From positions 147,169-211,168 of IMG/VR virus record IMGVR_UViG_3300042892_005961: 64,000 nt of DNA, one strand, 5' to 3'. The translations under genes and the position numbers were made by a program. The notes under the pieces were generated by a model. It was given only the letters and a program-made list of their open reading frames with translations. It had not been told where the DNA came from and searched no databases. Every line of letters starts with the position of its first letter. Within the stretch, counting starts at the first letter, position 1. This document shows positions 40,611 through 49,384 of this stretch, in pieces.

Positions 40611-42491
40611 TTATTTTTTATTGTGTAACATAATATAAGGAGTTCCTTTAACATTAACCGCTGGTTCCATGTTAAATCCTTTATTTGTAACTTCTATTTG
40701 TGATTTTATAACAAATTCATTTGTTCTAGGATTTGATCTTTCGTAATAATCTTTTTTCTCTTTATCATAAGCCTCAAGACGATTTCTTCCAGTTTCATCT
40801 CCTGTGAGATATTTTCTTAAATTCTCTGCTTGTTTGTTCATCGCATTCTCTAAAACTGAACTATAACCTCCTATAGTTTTGGCAAACTTATCTATTTCAT
40901 TACCGAAACTTGTCGGTATACCTTTTAATATTTTATCTGAAAAGTCTGTTGCATATTTTAAATTATCTTGTGCTATTTTTTCTATAGAAATAGTTCCTTT
41001 ATATCTTTCGTCATTATTCAGACCTTCATTTCTTCCAAATGAACTATCTTTTACGTTCTTAACACTTTTTAGACCTGCACCTTGCATCACATTTAATATC
41101 TGTTTAACTGTAGAAAATTGTTCTTTGGCAATTTGCTCAGGGCTCATATTCTCGAACGCCTTCCTATTTTCTTTTAACACATCTATTTGTGCTTGTGTTA
41201 ATGAATCTAATGTAACTTCTGTTTGTTTACCAAATTTATCCGATAAACTTTCAGGTATGGTAATTGACATTTTACCATCCTTCATTTGTGACATATTTGT
41301 AAGAAACTCTCTATCCTTACTATTCATATCAAACCCTTTAGCTAATAAAACGTTATTAGCTAGTATTCTTTCTTGAGCAGCAATTGCTGTTTTATTTAAA
41401 TCACCGGTTGACATACCTAATTTATCGGCCATCTCTTTTGCTCTTCTTAAATTTGCACCCGTAACTTCAAATTTTCCTTGCTCCTTATTGTATGTCGCTA
41501 AACCACCCGCAGCACCAATTAACGCATCTTGTAAACCTTCAACGTTATTTGTTGCCATATACATTAACTTAAGTGGATCATTAAAATCACCAATTGCACC
41601 ACCTAATACTTGTAAATTTGCAGTTAATTCAATTGCACTATCAGGACTCATAACTTTATCCGCAATCTTAAATACGTCATTCATATTCGTTCTAAATTCA
41701 AGAGATTTTTGTATCATTCTATTTAATCCTTGAACACCAGCCGAAAACCCATATTCGTTTAATTTACCTAAATCTTTTTGCAACATTTCTGTTGTTTTCT
41801 TTGCATTTAAACCTAAAGAAATTGACGATCTACCTGCCGTATCAATTTTTAATAAAGTATCGGCAGCACCAAATCCCACTTTTTCAAATTCACTCATTGT
41901 CTCCGACATATCTCTTAAAGAACTACCAAACGCCCTAGTTGTCACTAAAGAGTTTTCCATTGTTTTTTGAGATAATAAGTTAAATCTACCGGATTTTTCA
42001 CCCAACCCCGTAACTAATTCCCCCAAATTTTCCATATCAAACCCTAAGGTTGCTGCCATAGGAACGGTCTCTAATATGACATCTCTATATGCTCTCGATA
42101 GTTCTCCTGTAATACCTATTTTTTCATTAATAGTTGTATGTAATTGAGACTCTCTTTCTAATTGTTTGAATATTTCCTTTTCAAGTGTTAATAATGTTGT
42201 TGCAGGATTTAATAATCCCTTCATGTCAACTTTAAATTCACTACCCATTTCTGATTTTGATGAAACACTTTTTGCCATTGCATCACCGACATCTATTGGG
42301 TTTGTTAAACTTCTATATGCATTTTGTGTAGTTGATGTAGTATTTGATTGTATTGATCTTCCGTATCTAGATTGTCTACCGATCCAACTCTGTGTTGCAG
42401 GATCATTTCCACCATCATTCATATAAGCACCAACAGCAGAATTTTTATCTGCATAATTGTTTACGTAATATTCTTTATCTCTTACCGCCAT
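40611..42491 (-). CDS. Tape measure protein
   Basis: 626 aa; helical, Ala/Gly/Leu/Lys-rich; canonical position after tube and chaperone genes. Confidence 0.7.
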   Translation of the reverse strand: MAVRDKEYYVNNYADKNSAVGAYMNDGGNDPATQSWIGRQSRYGRSIQSNTTSTTQNAYRSLTNPIDVGDAMAKSVSSKSEMGSEFKVDMKGLLNPATTLLTLEKEIFKQLERESQLHTTINEKIGITGELSRAYRDVILETVPMAATLGFDMENLGELVTGLGEKSGRFNLLSQKTMENSLVTTRAFGSSLRDMSETMSEFEKVGFGAADTLLKIDTAGRSSISLGLNAKKTTEMLQKDLGKLNEYGFSAGVQGLNRMIQKSLEFRTNMNDVFKIADKVMSPDSAIELTANLQVLGGAIGDFNDPLKLMYMATNNVEGLQDALIGAAGGLATYNKEQGKFEVTGANLRRAKEMADKLGMSTGDLNKTAIAAQERILANNVLLAKGFDMNSKDREFLTNMSQMKDGKMSITIPESLSDKFGKQTEVTLDSLTQAQIDVLKENRKAFENMSPEQIAKEQFSTVKQILNVMQGAGLKSVKNVKDSSFGRNEGLNNDERYKGTISIEKIAQDNLKYATDFSDKILKGIPTSFGNEIDKFAKTIGGYSSVLENAMNKQAENLRKYLTGDETGRNRLEAYDKEKKDYYERSNPRTNEFVIKSQIEVTNKGFNMEPAVNVKGTPYIMLHNKK

Positions 42492-42502
42492 ACCTATAAA
42501 TA

Positions 42503-42646
42503 CTATTGAGTATTATTTTCCAACTCAATTATGTAATTTACATAATATCTACGTAAGTGAACCGGCATTGTTAATAAATCGCCGTAAGAAAACCCTTTTT
42601 TAATTAAAAATAAAATTTCGTCTAACTGTCCTTTCTTATATTCCAT
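42503..42646 (-). CDS. Small tail-assembly chaperone partner (G-T / gp51-like), possibly frameshift-expressed
   Basis: Not in ORF track. MEYKKGQLDEILFLIKKGFSYGDLLTMPVHLRRYYVNYIIELENNTQ (47 aa), in the +1 frame relative to 42636..43385. Confidence 0.75.
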   Translation of the reverse strand: MEYKKGQLDEILFLIKKGFSYGDLLTMPVHLRRYYVNYIIELENNTQ

Positions 42647-43385
42647 AGAAAGGGCGAAAAAACTCTACCCCAAATCCAATTCTAACTTGGACATCTTCTC
42701 CTGATGGGGTTCTTACTGTTTGGGTTAAATCTAACCCGGGTTTATTATCTTTTACAAATTTCCTAAAATCTTGTGAATCTTTAATTGGCATGGTTTCAAT
42801 AAAACCTCTAATTTTTAACGCATCTCTCACTCCACCAACAGATTTAATCATCATCTCAAGTTGTTTGGTTATAACAGGTGCAACACCATTACCATTCCAA
42901 CTCTCTTTAATTTTTTCAATTTCATCTTCTTGTTTTTGTGTTAAAAACTTGAACGTGATTTCTGTTTTACTTTTTTCTAAATAATGACCGTATTCTCCGT
43001 TTGTATCTTCTACTAAATTAAAATCTTTTATTTTTAATGAACCTAAATCTACCTCAACGGTAAATTCATTTCCAGTTTTATCGTCAGTAATTGTTAAATT
43101 ATAATCAGAACCAAATGCCGTATTTCTTAAAAATATTAAAATTGCTTGTCTATCTTCCTCAACAATTTCTTCTATGTTTAAATCTTTATCTAAAATTTTT
43201 CTTTTTAAAAGTTCAGTAATAACGGTATTTGTATTTAAAAAACTTGGGGATGATAAAATGTTCTCATCTGAAGCCGTTAAATAAGCCACTCTTACCGATT
43301 TTTTCTTATTCGTATAATGAATACCTTTACTTGGTAATTCTATTACATCATAGGCGATCGCCGGGTCAATTCTAGTTTCTTCCAT
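42636..43385 (-). CDS. Tail assembly chaperone / baseplate hub assembly protein (gp26-like)
   Basis: 249 aa; IELPSKG, YLTASDENIL, ILIFLRNTAFG; ends FFRPFYGI; lies between tube and tape measure. Confidence 0.75.
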   Translation of the reverse strand: MEETRIDPAIAYDVIELPSKGIHYTNKKKSVRVAYLTASDENILSSPSFLNTNTVITELLKRKILDKDLNIEEIVEEDRQAILIFLRNTAFGSDYNLTITDDKTGNEFTVEVDLGSLKIKDFNLVEDTNGEYGHYLEKSKTEITFKFLTQKQEDEIEKIKESWNGNGVAPVITKQLEMMIKSVGGVRDALKIRGFIETMPIKDSQDFRKFVKDNKPGLDLTQTVRTPSGEDVQVRIGFGVEFFRPFYGI

Positions 43386-43430
43386 AATACTATAATTTAC
43401 TTAATAACTACTTCAAAGTAAAGTTTTTAA

Positions 43431-43467
43431 AAAAGAAAAACCGATAATCTTTTGAACTATCGGTTTT
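43431..43467 (-). terminator. Intrinsic terminator after tail tube gene
   Basis: AAAACCGATA-11 nt-TATCGGTTTT then TCTTTTTT. Confidence 0.8.
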
Positions 43468-43488
43468 CGTATATGAAAATCTGTAATA

Positions 43489-43977
43489 TTAGTATATTAA
43501 AATACATCTATCCATTCTCAAAGAACATGTAATATTAGCTAATTCATCTCTGTTATAGTCTAATTCACCAAAGTTCAAGTCAGTTAAAAAACAGTTTTCT
43601 AATAACCATTTTTCAACTACTACTCCTGTTGGGTCTAACATCTCCAATTCAATATCCTTTTTATAACCTGCAGCATAACCCATACGACCTGTTACAGATT
43701 CAGCATGTAAACGGAACCATTCCATTAAAGCTTGAGAAGCTGAAGGTCCAATTGGATCTCTAAAAGTCATTTTAATTTCATTCCACTCAAATCTACCTGC
43801 AACATATGTTGATGTGTTCAGGAAAGGAATTGCAACTGAATTGATTTTAGCACTTGGTCTTGACGCGGCAGATACATACCATTCGTTTATACCCAAAGAT
43901 GAGTTGAATCTTACGATAAATCGGTTGACCCTTTTCGGTTCGTAAGGTGTCGGCATTTTCATTAATAAATCGGCCAT
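43489..43977 (-). CDS. Tail tube protein (T4 gp19-like)
   Basis: 162 aa; EPKRVNRF, FRDPI, YKKDIELEMLDPTG, W.L.NCF..D.NFG.LDY. Confidence 0.9.
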   Translation of the reverse strand: MADLLMKMPTPYEPKRVNRFIVRFNSSLGINEWYVSAASRPSAKINSVAIPFLNTSTYVAGRFEWNEIKMTFRDPIGPSASQALMEWFRLHAESVTGRMGYAAGYKKDIELEMLDPTGVVVEKWLLENCFLTDLNFGELDYNRDELANITCSLRMDRCILIY

Positions 43978-44057
43978 ATTGTGTGTTTGTTAAGTTTTGT
44001 TAGTTATTTACTTTCTAATAAATATATCCAAAAGGAAAATAATTTTATTTTGAATTA

Positions 44058-44085
44058 ATTATCTCAAAAAGGTTGTTTATGTCAA
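44058..44085 (-). promoter_or_regulatory. Sigma70-like promoter upstream of tail tube
   Basis: TTGACA-N16-GATAAT on the minus strand; the TATTTATT motif also occurs at 44017..44024. Confidence 0.35.
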
Positions 44086-44114
44086 TTATTTTTCGTAGTT
44101 TTTTACAGGCCCCA

Positions 44115-44190
44115 GTATCTAGTTCCAGTTTAATACTCTACTTTAATAAATAATATATCATTAATAAATACTAGTGTATCTAGTTCCAGT
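44115..44190. repeat. 15-bp direct repeat GTATCTAGTTCCAGT x2 (44115..44129, 44176..44190)
   Basis: Exact copies 61 bp apart in an AT-rich intergenic region. Confidence 0.9.
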
Positions 44191-44228
44191 ATTCTGGGTA
44201 AAGTATAATTATTTTTTTGTTATACATA

Positions 44229-44244
44229 TGTTCCACGTGGAGCA
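44229..44244. promoter_or_regulatory. parS-like palindrome TGTTCCACGTGGAGCA
   Basis: 15/16 match to the palindromic parS variant TGTTCCACGTGGAACA; intergenic. Confidence 0.6.
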
Positions 44245-44246
44245 TT

Positions 44247-44274
44247 AAAAAAGGGCACCATTTCTGATACCCTT
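44247..44274 (-). terminator. Intrinsic terminator after sheath gene
   Basis: AAGGGTATCA-GAAA-TGGTGCCCTT (two G-U pairs, GNRA loop) then TTTT. Confidence 0.85.
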
Positions 44275-44298
44275 CTTATTTTTATATCTCCTTTTAGA

Positions 44299-47283
44299 TT
44301 AGATATTTTCAAATGAAGCTCCTGTTGGTGTAATAATGAATTCCACATCGATATATTCAAGAGAACGAGTTGGTTTAATGTAAATCTTACCTCTCATTGT
44401 GTTTGCGTCGATATCCTCAGGATCGTTAGAAACTGTTACACGGAAGTCATACAAACCTCTTTCTTTCTTAATTGCGTCCAAGATAGGGTTTACCAATCTT
44501 AAGAATTCATTTCTTACTTGGTCATCGTTTTGTTCAAACAATAATCTTACAGAAACTGCAGAAATTAACTTTCTTGCTCTTAATAACAATCTTCTTACGT
44601 TGATTCTATCTAAAGCGGATTCTCTAACTTGTAACGTTTTGTTACCCCAAATAATAGTACCTGTATCAGAGAATGTAGCGATTGGGTTAATTCTGTTCTT
44701 ATATAATACGTCTCTATCATCTAAAGTCAATTTTTTAGTTGCTTTGATCGCATTTACTAAACCTCTACTATAACCCGCAACCGCGAACCAAGGATAAGAC
44801 ACGTTGTCAGTTAAGGCAATGTTCTTTACAACCTCACCTGTTGGTGGGATATATAATTGAGTTGCATTATCTGTATCTCTTACTTGAATCCAAGGCCAAT
44901 ATGTTGCAGAATAGTTAGAATCTATACCCGCGTCATCTAAAGCAGATACAATAGAATCTGTTGCAGTTGCCCCTGTGATATTTGGTGAGTTCATAATATA
45001 TAATGAATCAGCTCTTTCAGTTTCAATCATATCAATCGCTTGATTAACTAATGAACTATGATCTTGGAAGTTAATACCAGGTGTTGCAAATACGTTAATA
45101 TCTACAGCTTCAGGATTTGAATACGTCTCAATACCTTGTAAGTAAGCGTAATAGTCAGAATTACCTACTGAATCACTAAACACTCCTCCGGGGGTTGTAT
45201 GTCCTAACTTATAGATAGATTTACCAAAAATATAACGATCGTCGTTAGTTCTTATTGATCTATATATATCCCAACCATCCCTACCTCCATAAACTGCAAA
45301 AGTGAATTTACGGAAATTAATATTAGTTAATTTATTATTACCATTATTATTAAGCTCATCTTGACCTTCTAAATCATATGGTGTTGTTTGGAAAGTTGTT
45401 GTTCCAGTAATTGTGGAGGCGTTTACAGACAAATGGAAACCAAATGTTTCTGTTGTTGCCATCTCACCTTTATATTTTAATAAATCTCTATCGAATCCAA
45501 CAGCGTCAGATAAACCTAACATAACTTTTCTTACCTTATCTCCACCTTCAATATTAGGTGAACCATTCACATCGTAAGTTTCAACATCACCCGCATCGTT
45601 ATATTTTGTTTTGAATATTACATTACCTAATCCCATATTAATTCCTGATACAGTACCAAAGTTTTTGTTGTTTGCAAAACCTCTAAAACCAGCAGGAATA
45701 GCATCTACAGGTGCTCCGTCCGCCATAACCAACATAATTCTTTTAGAAACTAACGCGTATTCACCATCAGATGTACCGATTTTCTTACCTATATAACCTG
45801 GAGTATCTGGATTCATAGAACATCTTGAATATTTTTCAAGAGCTACTTGATTCTCATCAGTATCGTTAAAATCACGAACCACTAAATCAAACTCCATAGT
45901 TTCTAAATTAATATTTTGAATATTGATTTTTACTTCAAAGTTAGCAGCCTCTCCGTCGGAGATTGTAATAACTTGAAATAAATCAGCAACATTACCACCA
46001 CGAACTTCAGAAACAACCATCGGTGAAATTGTTGTATCCCATGGTTTTAAGTAATTATATGAATTAGAATCTTCTTCTGATTCATATGAAACGTCCATAG
46101 AAATACCTCTTACTAATCCTCTTTCAAAGGCGGTTCCTAAATAATTAGGATATGATTCATGTACATATACCGGATAGTCACCTTTATCTTTATCAAATAC
46201 ATCAGTTCCTAAAACTTTAGAAATATATTTTGATGATGATCGATTTAATGAACAAACAAATTGTTTAACTCCACTTGTCGTACCTGTTACGTTGATTGAA
46301 AACTCACCCATTGGGTTTGTATTCATATCAGATCCCGTAACACCTGATAATATGAATTTATTATCATCCTTAACTTCATGTATTAATGTTTGTCCGCTAT
46401 ATATACCTCTTGATCTTATTGCTGCAACCACTACATTATGGTATTCATCGGCTAAAAGTGCTTCCCAATCAAATTGAGTAATTGACCATTTGTTAGTTGA
46501 ATTTGTAAATGTGAATAAATAAGAATAAATACCATTTACACCGTCACCGTCTGGAGGAGTGACCAAACCATCAGATTGGTGATGCATTGTATTCCACCAT
46601 TCTTTTGTATTATTACTATTACTATATTTTTCTCCAGATAATGGAGATACTAATTCTGTACCATTTCCAACAATTGCACTATCTTCTGTTCCTTCCGTAT
46701 TTCTTCCTATCCAAAAATATTCATTAGTTGATCCGGTAGTTGAACCTTCATAATCACCGTAATTATCTTTTAAATATGTTACAATATCAGTACCATCAAC
46801 AGATGTTACACCTGACAAATGAGCAATAATTTCATTTAATGAATTTATTGAAGATCCGGTTTCTGTTGTTGTAATTCCTGTTGTTGTAATTGTTACACTA
46901 CCAACTTCATTAGTTACGCCAGAATACCCTTCTAAAATTACACCACCTACGGTTTTAATACCGAATGTTTTATATGGTCTATAACCTGTAAGACCCAATA
47001 CTCTCGTTACGAATAATTGATTAGATTCTTGTAAATATGATTTTGCAACATATCCTAATTCATATTTTGGATTACCGTCACTGAACTTTTCAGGTGAAGT
47101 AGATCCAAAATACAATTTGAATTCGTCAAAATTTGAAATTAAAATAGGTTCGAAAGCTGGACCTTTTAAAGTCTCACCAGCTAAACCTAATGTTGTAACA
47201 CCTACACTCTGTGCTACAAATGTTAAATCGAGCTCGGATGTATAGACACCTGGAGACACGAAAACTCTGTTATTACTTGCCAT
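44299..47283 (-). CDS. Tail sheath protein
   Basis: 994 aa; FVSPGVYTSELD N-terminus; YWPWIQ, PWFAVAGYSRG, LYKNRINPIA, WGNKTLQ, LDRINVRRLL, IKPTRSLEYI. Confidence 0.95.
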   Translation of the reverse strand: MASNNRVFVSPGVYTSELDLTFVAQSVGVTTLGLAGETLKGPAFEPILISNFDEFKLYFGSTSPEKFSDGNPKYELGYVAKSYLQESNQLFVTRVLGLTGYRPYKTFGIKTVGGVILEGYSGVTNEVGSVTITTTGITTTETGSSINSLNEIIAHLSGVTSVDGTDIVTYLKDNYGDYEGSTTGSTNEYFWIGRNTEGTEDSAIVGNGTELVSPLSGEKYSNSNNTKEWWNTMHHQSDGLVTPPDGDGVNGIYSYLFTFTNSTNKWSITQFDWEALLADEYHNVVVAAIRSRGIYSGQTLIHEVKDDNKFILSGVTGSDMNTNPMGEFSINVTGTTSGVKQFVCSLNRSSSKYISKVLGTDVFDKDKGDYPVYVHESYPNYLGTAFERGLVRGISMDVSYESEEDSNSYNYLKPWDTTISPMVVSEVRGGNVADLFQVITISDGEAANFEVKINIQNINLETMEFDLVVRDFNDTDENQVALEKYSRCSMNPDTPGYIGKKIGTSDGEYALVSKRIMLVMADGAPVDAIPAGFRGFANNKNFGTVSGINMGLGNVIFKTKYNDAGDVETYDVNGSPNIEGGDKVRKVMLGLSDAVGFDRDLLKYKGEMATTETFGFHLSVNASTITGTTTFQTTPYDLEGQDELNNNGNNKLTNINFRKFTFAVYGGRDGWDIYRSIRTNDDRYIFGKSIYKLGHTTPGGVFSDSVGNSDYYAYLQGIETYSNPEAVDINVFATPGINFQDHSSLVNQAIDMIETERADSLYIMNSPNITGATATDSIVSALDDAGIDSNYSATYWPWIQVRDTDNATQLYIPPTGEVVKNIALTDNVSYPWFAVAGYSRGLVNAIKATKKLTLDDRDVLYKNRINPIATFSDTGTIIWGNKTLQVRESALDRINVRRLLLRARKLISAVSVRLLFEQNDDQVRNEFLRLVNPILDAIKKERGLYDFRVTVSNDPEDIDANTMRGKIYIKPTRSLEYIDVEFIITPTGASFENI

Positions 47284-47316
47284 TGATTTTTGTTTGGTTA
47301 ATTAATTTTATTACTT

Positions 47317-47395
47317 ATCTTATAAATATCTTTGTTTTTATCAAAGATTTCCCAACTTTTCTTAAAAAGATAGTTATTTATCTTTTAATATCTTT
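47317..47395. promoter_or_regulatory. Divergent promoter region with ATCTTT/AAAGAT operator-like array
   Basis: Inverted repeats ATCTTTG-7-CAAAGAT (47328..47348) and AAAAGATA-6-TATCTTTT (47365..47386); TATTTATA (minus, 47321..47328) and TATTTATC (plus, 47375..47382). Confidence 0.55.
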
Positions 47396-47398
47396 TAT

Positions 47399-47557
47399 AT
47401 GGAAAACACTCAAAAAAACGTTAAAATAAGTGGGAAACACCACGAAATGTTAAAAAATTACTGTGATAAAAATGGTTTAAAAATCTATAAAGTTTTAGAA
47501 AAACACATAGAAGAACTTTGTAAACCTAAAAAGAAGGACATATACGGGGATGATTAA
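47399..47557 (+). CDS. Ribbon-helix-helix-like DNA-binding protein
   Basis: Not in ORF track. MENTQKNVKISGKHHEMLKNYCDKNGLKIYKVLEKHIEELCKPKKKDIYGDD (52 aa): alternating strand KNVKIS, helix, G turn, helix. Confidence 0.7.
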   Translation: MENTQKNVKISGKHHEMLKNYCDKNGLKIYKVLEKHIEELCKPKKKDIYGDD

Positions 47558-48816
47558 TAAAGATAAACAAAATCTAAAGTGGCACCGAATACAGGAGCAC
47601 TTGTTAGTGTTATTTGTTTTTGTCCTGTTATTTCATATCCCTCATCACTAAATTCAATAAGTCCATTTGTGGTAACACTAATAACACTATTAATCTTTTC
47701 TTGTAGATCAAAAACTAAGTTGACTCCATTGAAATTAAAACTTTCACGACCAACCTGTAATTCATTACCGTTTTGGTCATACATTTTGTTATTTCTACCT
47801 TTATAGTAACTTACAACAATTACATCACCTTGTAATGGGGTTCCGCTAAAATTTATGTTTGATAATCCCCCAAAATGAGAATGTGAATAATGTACGTCTT
47901 TTTCCTGTACAATTCCATTAATTGATACGTTAAATAAAACTGTTATATTCTCACCTACACTATATATTGTACTAGTACCATTTGATATTAATGTGGCTAA
48001 CGTTATATCAATTGTTTTAGATATATATTTTTTAGTTAAACTACCTCCACCTTTCATCGATTCATTTACGATAAAAGCTCGACTAATAGCTGGTTTAACC
48101 TCGAATTCATCACTATCAATTAAAAACCCTAACATAGTACATTTATATGTTTGCATATAAAATCTACGACCATCAATTGTTTCCATAGGTGTATTGTCTT
48201 CTATTGTGTCTAAAACAATTGGAATATAATGACCTTTAACTTGAGTGTAATCTTGTCTAGATGAAAAATTTTGTAAAACTAATTTATTAAATTTATTTAA
48301 ATCTCTAAACTTATTACAAACAATAGTAATATCATATGTAATATCACATGGAATCGGTTGTGGTATTTTATAAATGTCCGCTCCCATAGAATTACCATTC
48401 CAAGTTGGAACTGTTGCATAATGAAACTGATGTCTATCAGGAATAGTTCTTTGTATTGACGGGTTTGTACCAAACTGTACGTCAGGTTTTCTAATGATTG
48501 TAATAAATGGTAATTTTACATTACCGTCAGAATCTGAAAATTCCCAATTGTTTGAAAATTCACCCCATCTTTGAATTGTTAATATTTTATCAATAACAGG
48601 TATTTGTACACCATCAGAAACAACTTTAAATGTATTTTTTACATAATCCAACATACCCCTATCCAAATCATCATGTAAAATAGAGTCAGGTAAAAAAGAA
48701 TCGGATTTTGTAATCATATCCAATAACTCCTCTCTTCTTTTTAATATACCTTCACCTTGGTAAGTATCCTTACCACCGTAAACGTTGATCATGTTTTTTC
48801 TTTTAGGTATTCCCAT
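47554..48816 (-). CDS. Tail completion/terminator protein (gp15-like) with two C-terminal small beta domains
   Basis: Start moved from TTG 48855 to ATG 48816, right after the upstream stop. LPFITIIR, PIPCDITYDITI; C-terminal repeated SV..NG...I.F..P..G..Y units. Confidence 0.65.
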   Translation of the reverse strand: MGIPKRKNMINVYGGKDTYQGEGILKRREELLDMITKSDSFLPDSILHDDLDRGMLDYVKNTFKVVSDGVQIPVIDKILTIQRWGEFSNNWEFSDSDGNVKLPFITIIRKPDVQFGTNPSIQRTIPDRHQFHYATVPTWNGNSMGADIYKIPQPIPCDITYDITIVCNKFRDLNKFNKLVLQNFSSRQDYTQVKGHYIPIVLDTIEDNTPMETIDGRRFYMQTYKCTMLGFLIDSDEFEVKPAISRAFIVNESMKGGGSLTKKYISKTIDITLATLISNGTSTIYSVGENITVLFNVSINGIVQEKDVHYSHSHFGGLSNINFSGTPLQGDVIVVSYYKGRNNKMYDQNGNELQVGRESFNFNGVNLVFDLQEKINSVISVTTNGLIEFSDEGYEITGQKQITLTSAPVFGATLDFVYLY

Positions 48817-48817
48817 A

Positions 48818-49330
48818 TTAAACTCCTCTAAATTCACCTTCTTGTGTTGGAGCACAAACTATACTTCTATAGTGTGGTTTGTACCCAAACATTTTATGTT
48901 TATTATCCGATGTAATTCTACCGTCATTTGTAACGGTATAATATCTTAATCTTTCTTCTGAATCCGCATAACCAATATAATCACCATATCTAATATCAAC
49001 ACCCAATTCATTAAGGTGTGTAATATAAACCGATAATATCATATTACCTGGCTCATTATATCTCATAAGACCTTTTGTGTATGATGAATTTTTTGGTTCA
49101 TCAATTTTAACCAACGCATTAAACTCAACGGGAGGAAAAAACTTAATTTCATCCATTCCCGCCTCGGCGTATACGTCGTCATTGTCGGTCTTTTGTCTAT
49201 CAACACGATATAAGACCAATTTCATATTTAAATCCCCGTGTAGATACTCCTGACCCATCTGAATGTTAATATCAAAGTCATCTTGGGAGAAGAATTTACC
49301 TAAACGAGTAATTGGTAGTTTATTGTTCAT
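48818..49330 (-). CDS. Head completion / neck protein (gp14-like)
   Basis: 170 aa; VLYRVD...DDVYAEA...PPVEF, GDYI; TATTTATT at 49336..49343. Confidence 0.65.
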   Translation of the reverse strand: MNNKLPITRLGKFFSQDDFDINIQMGQEYLHGDLNMKLVLYRVDRQKTDNDDVYAEAGMDEIKFFPPVEFNALVKIDEPKNSSYTKGLMRYNEPGNMILSVYITHLNELGVDIRYGDYIGYADSEERLRYYTVTNDGRITSDNKHKMFGYKPHYRSIVCAPTQEGEFRGV

Positions 49331-49384
49331 ATCCTAATAAATAGTTTAATCTTCCATTCTATTTAGTTATATTATATATAATAG

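Noticed and set aside
44115-44190. Mini CRISPR array from the 15-bp direct repeat
   Set aside because: Only two copies, too short for a CRISPR repeat, and no cas genes.
20778-48855. Longest-ORF starts at 20784, 29721 and 48855
   Set aside because: Downstream ATGs (20778, 29640, 48816) avoid overlaps and fit the upstream motif or the adjacent stop better.
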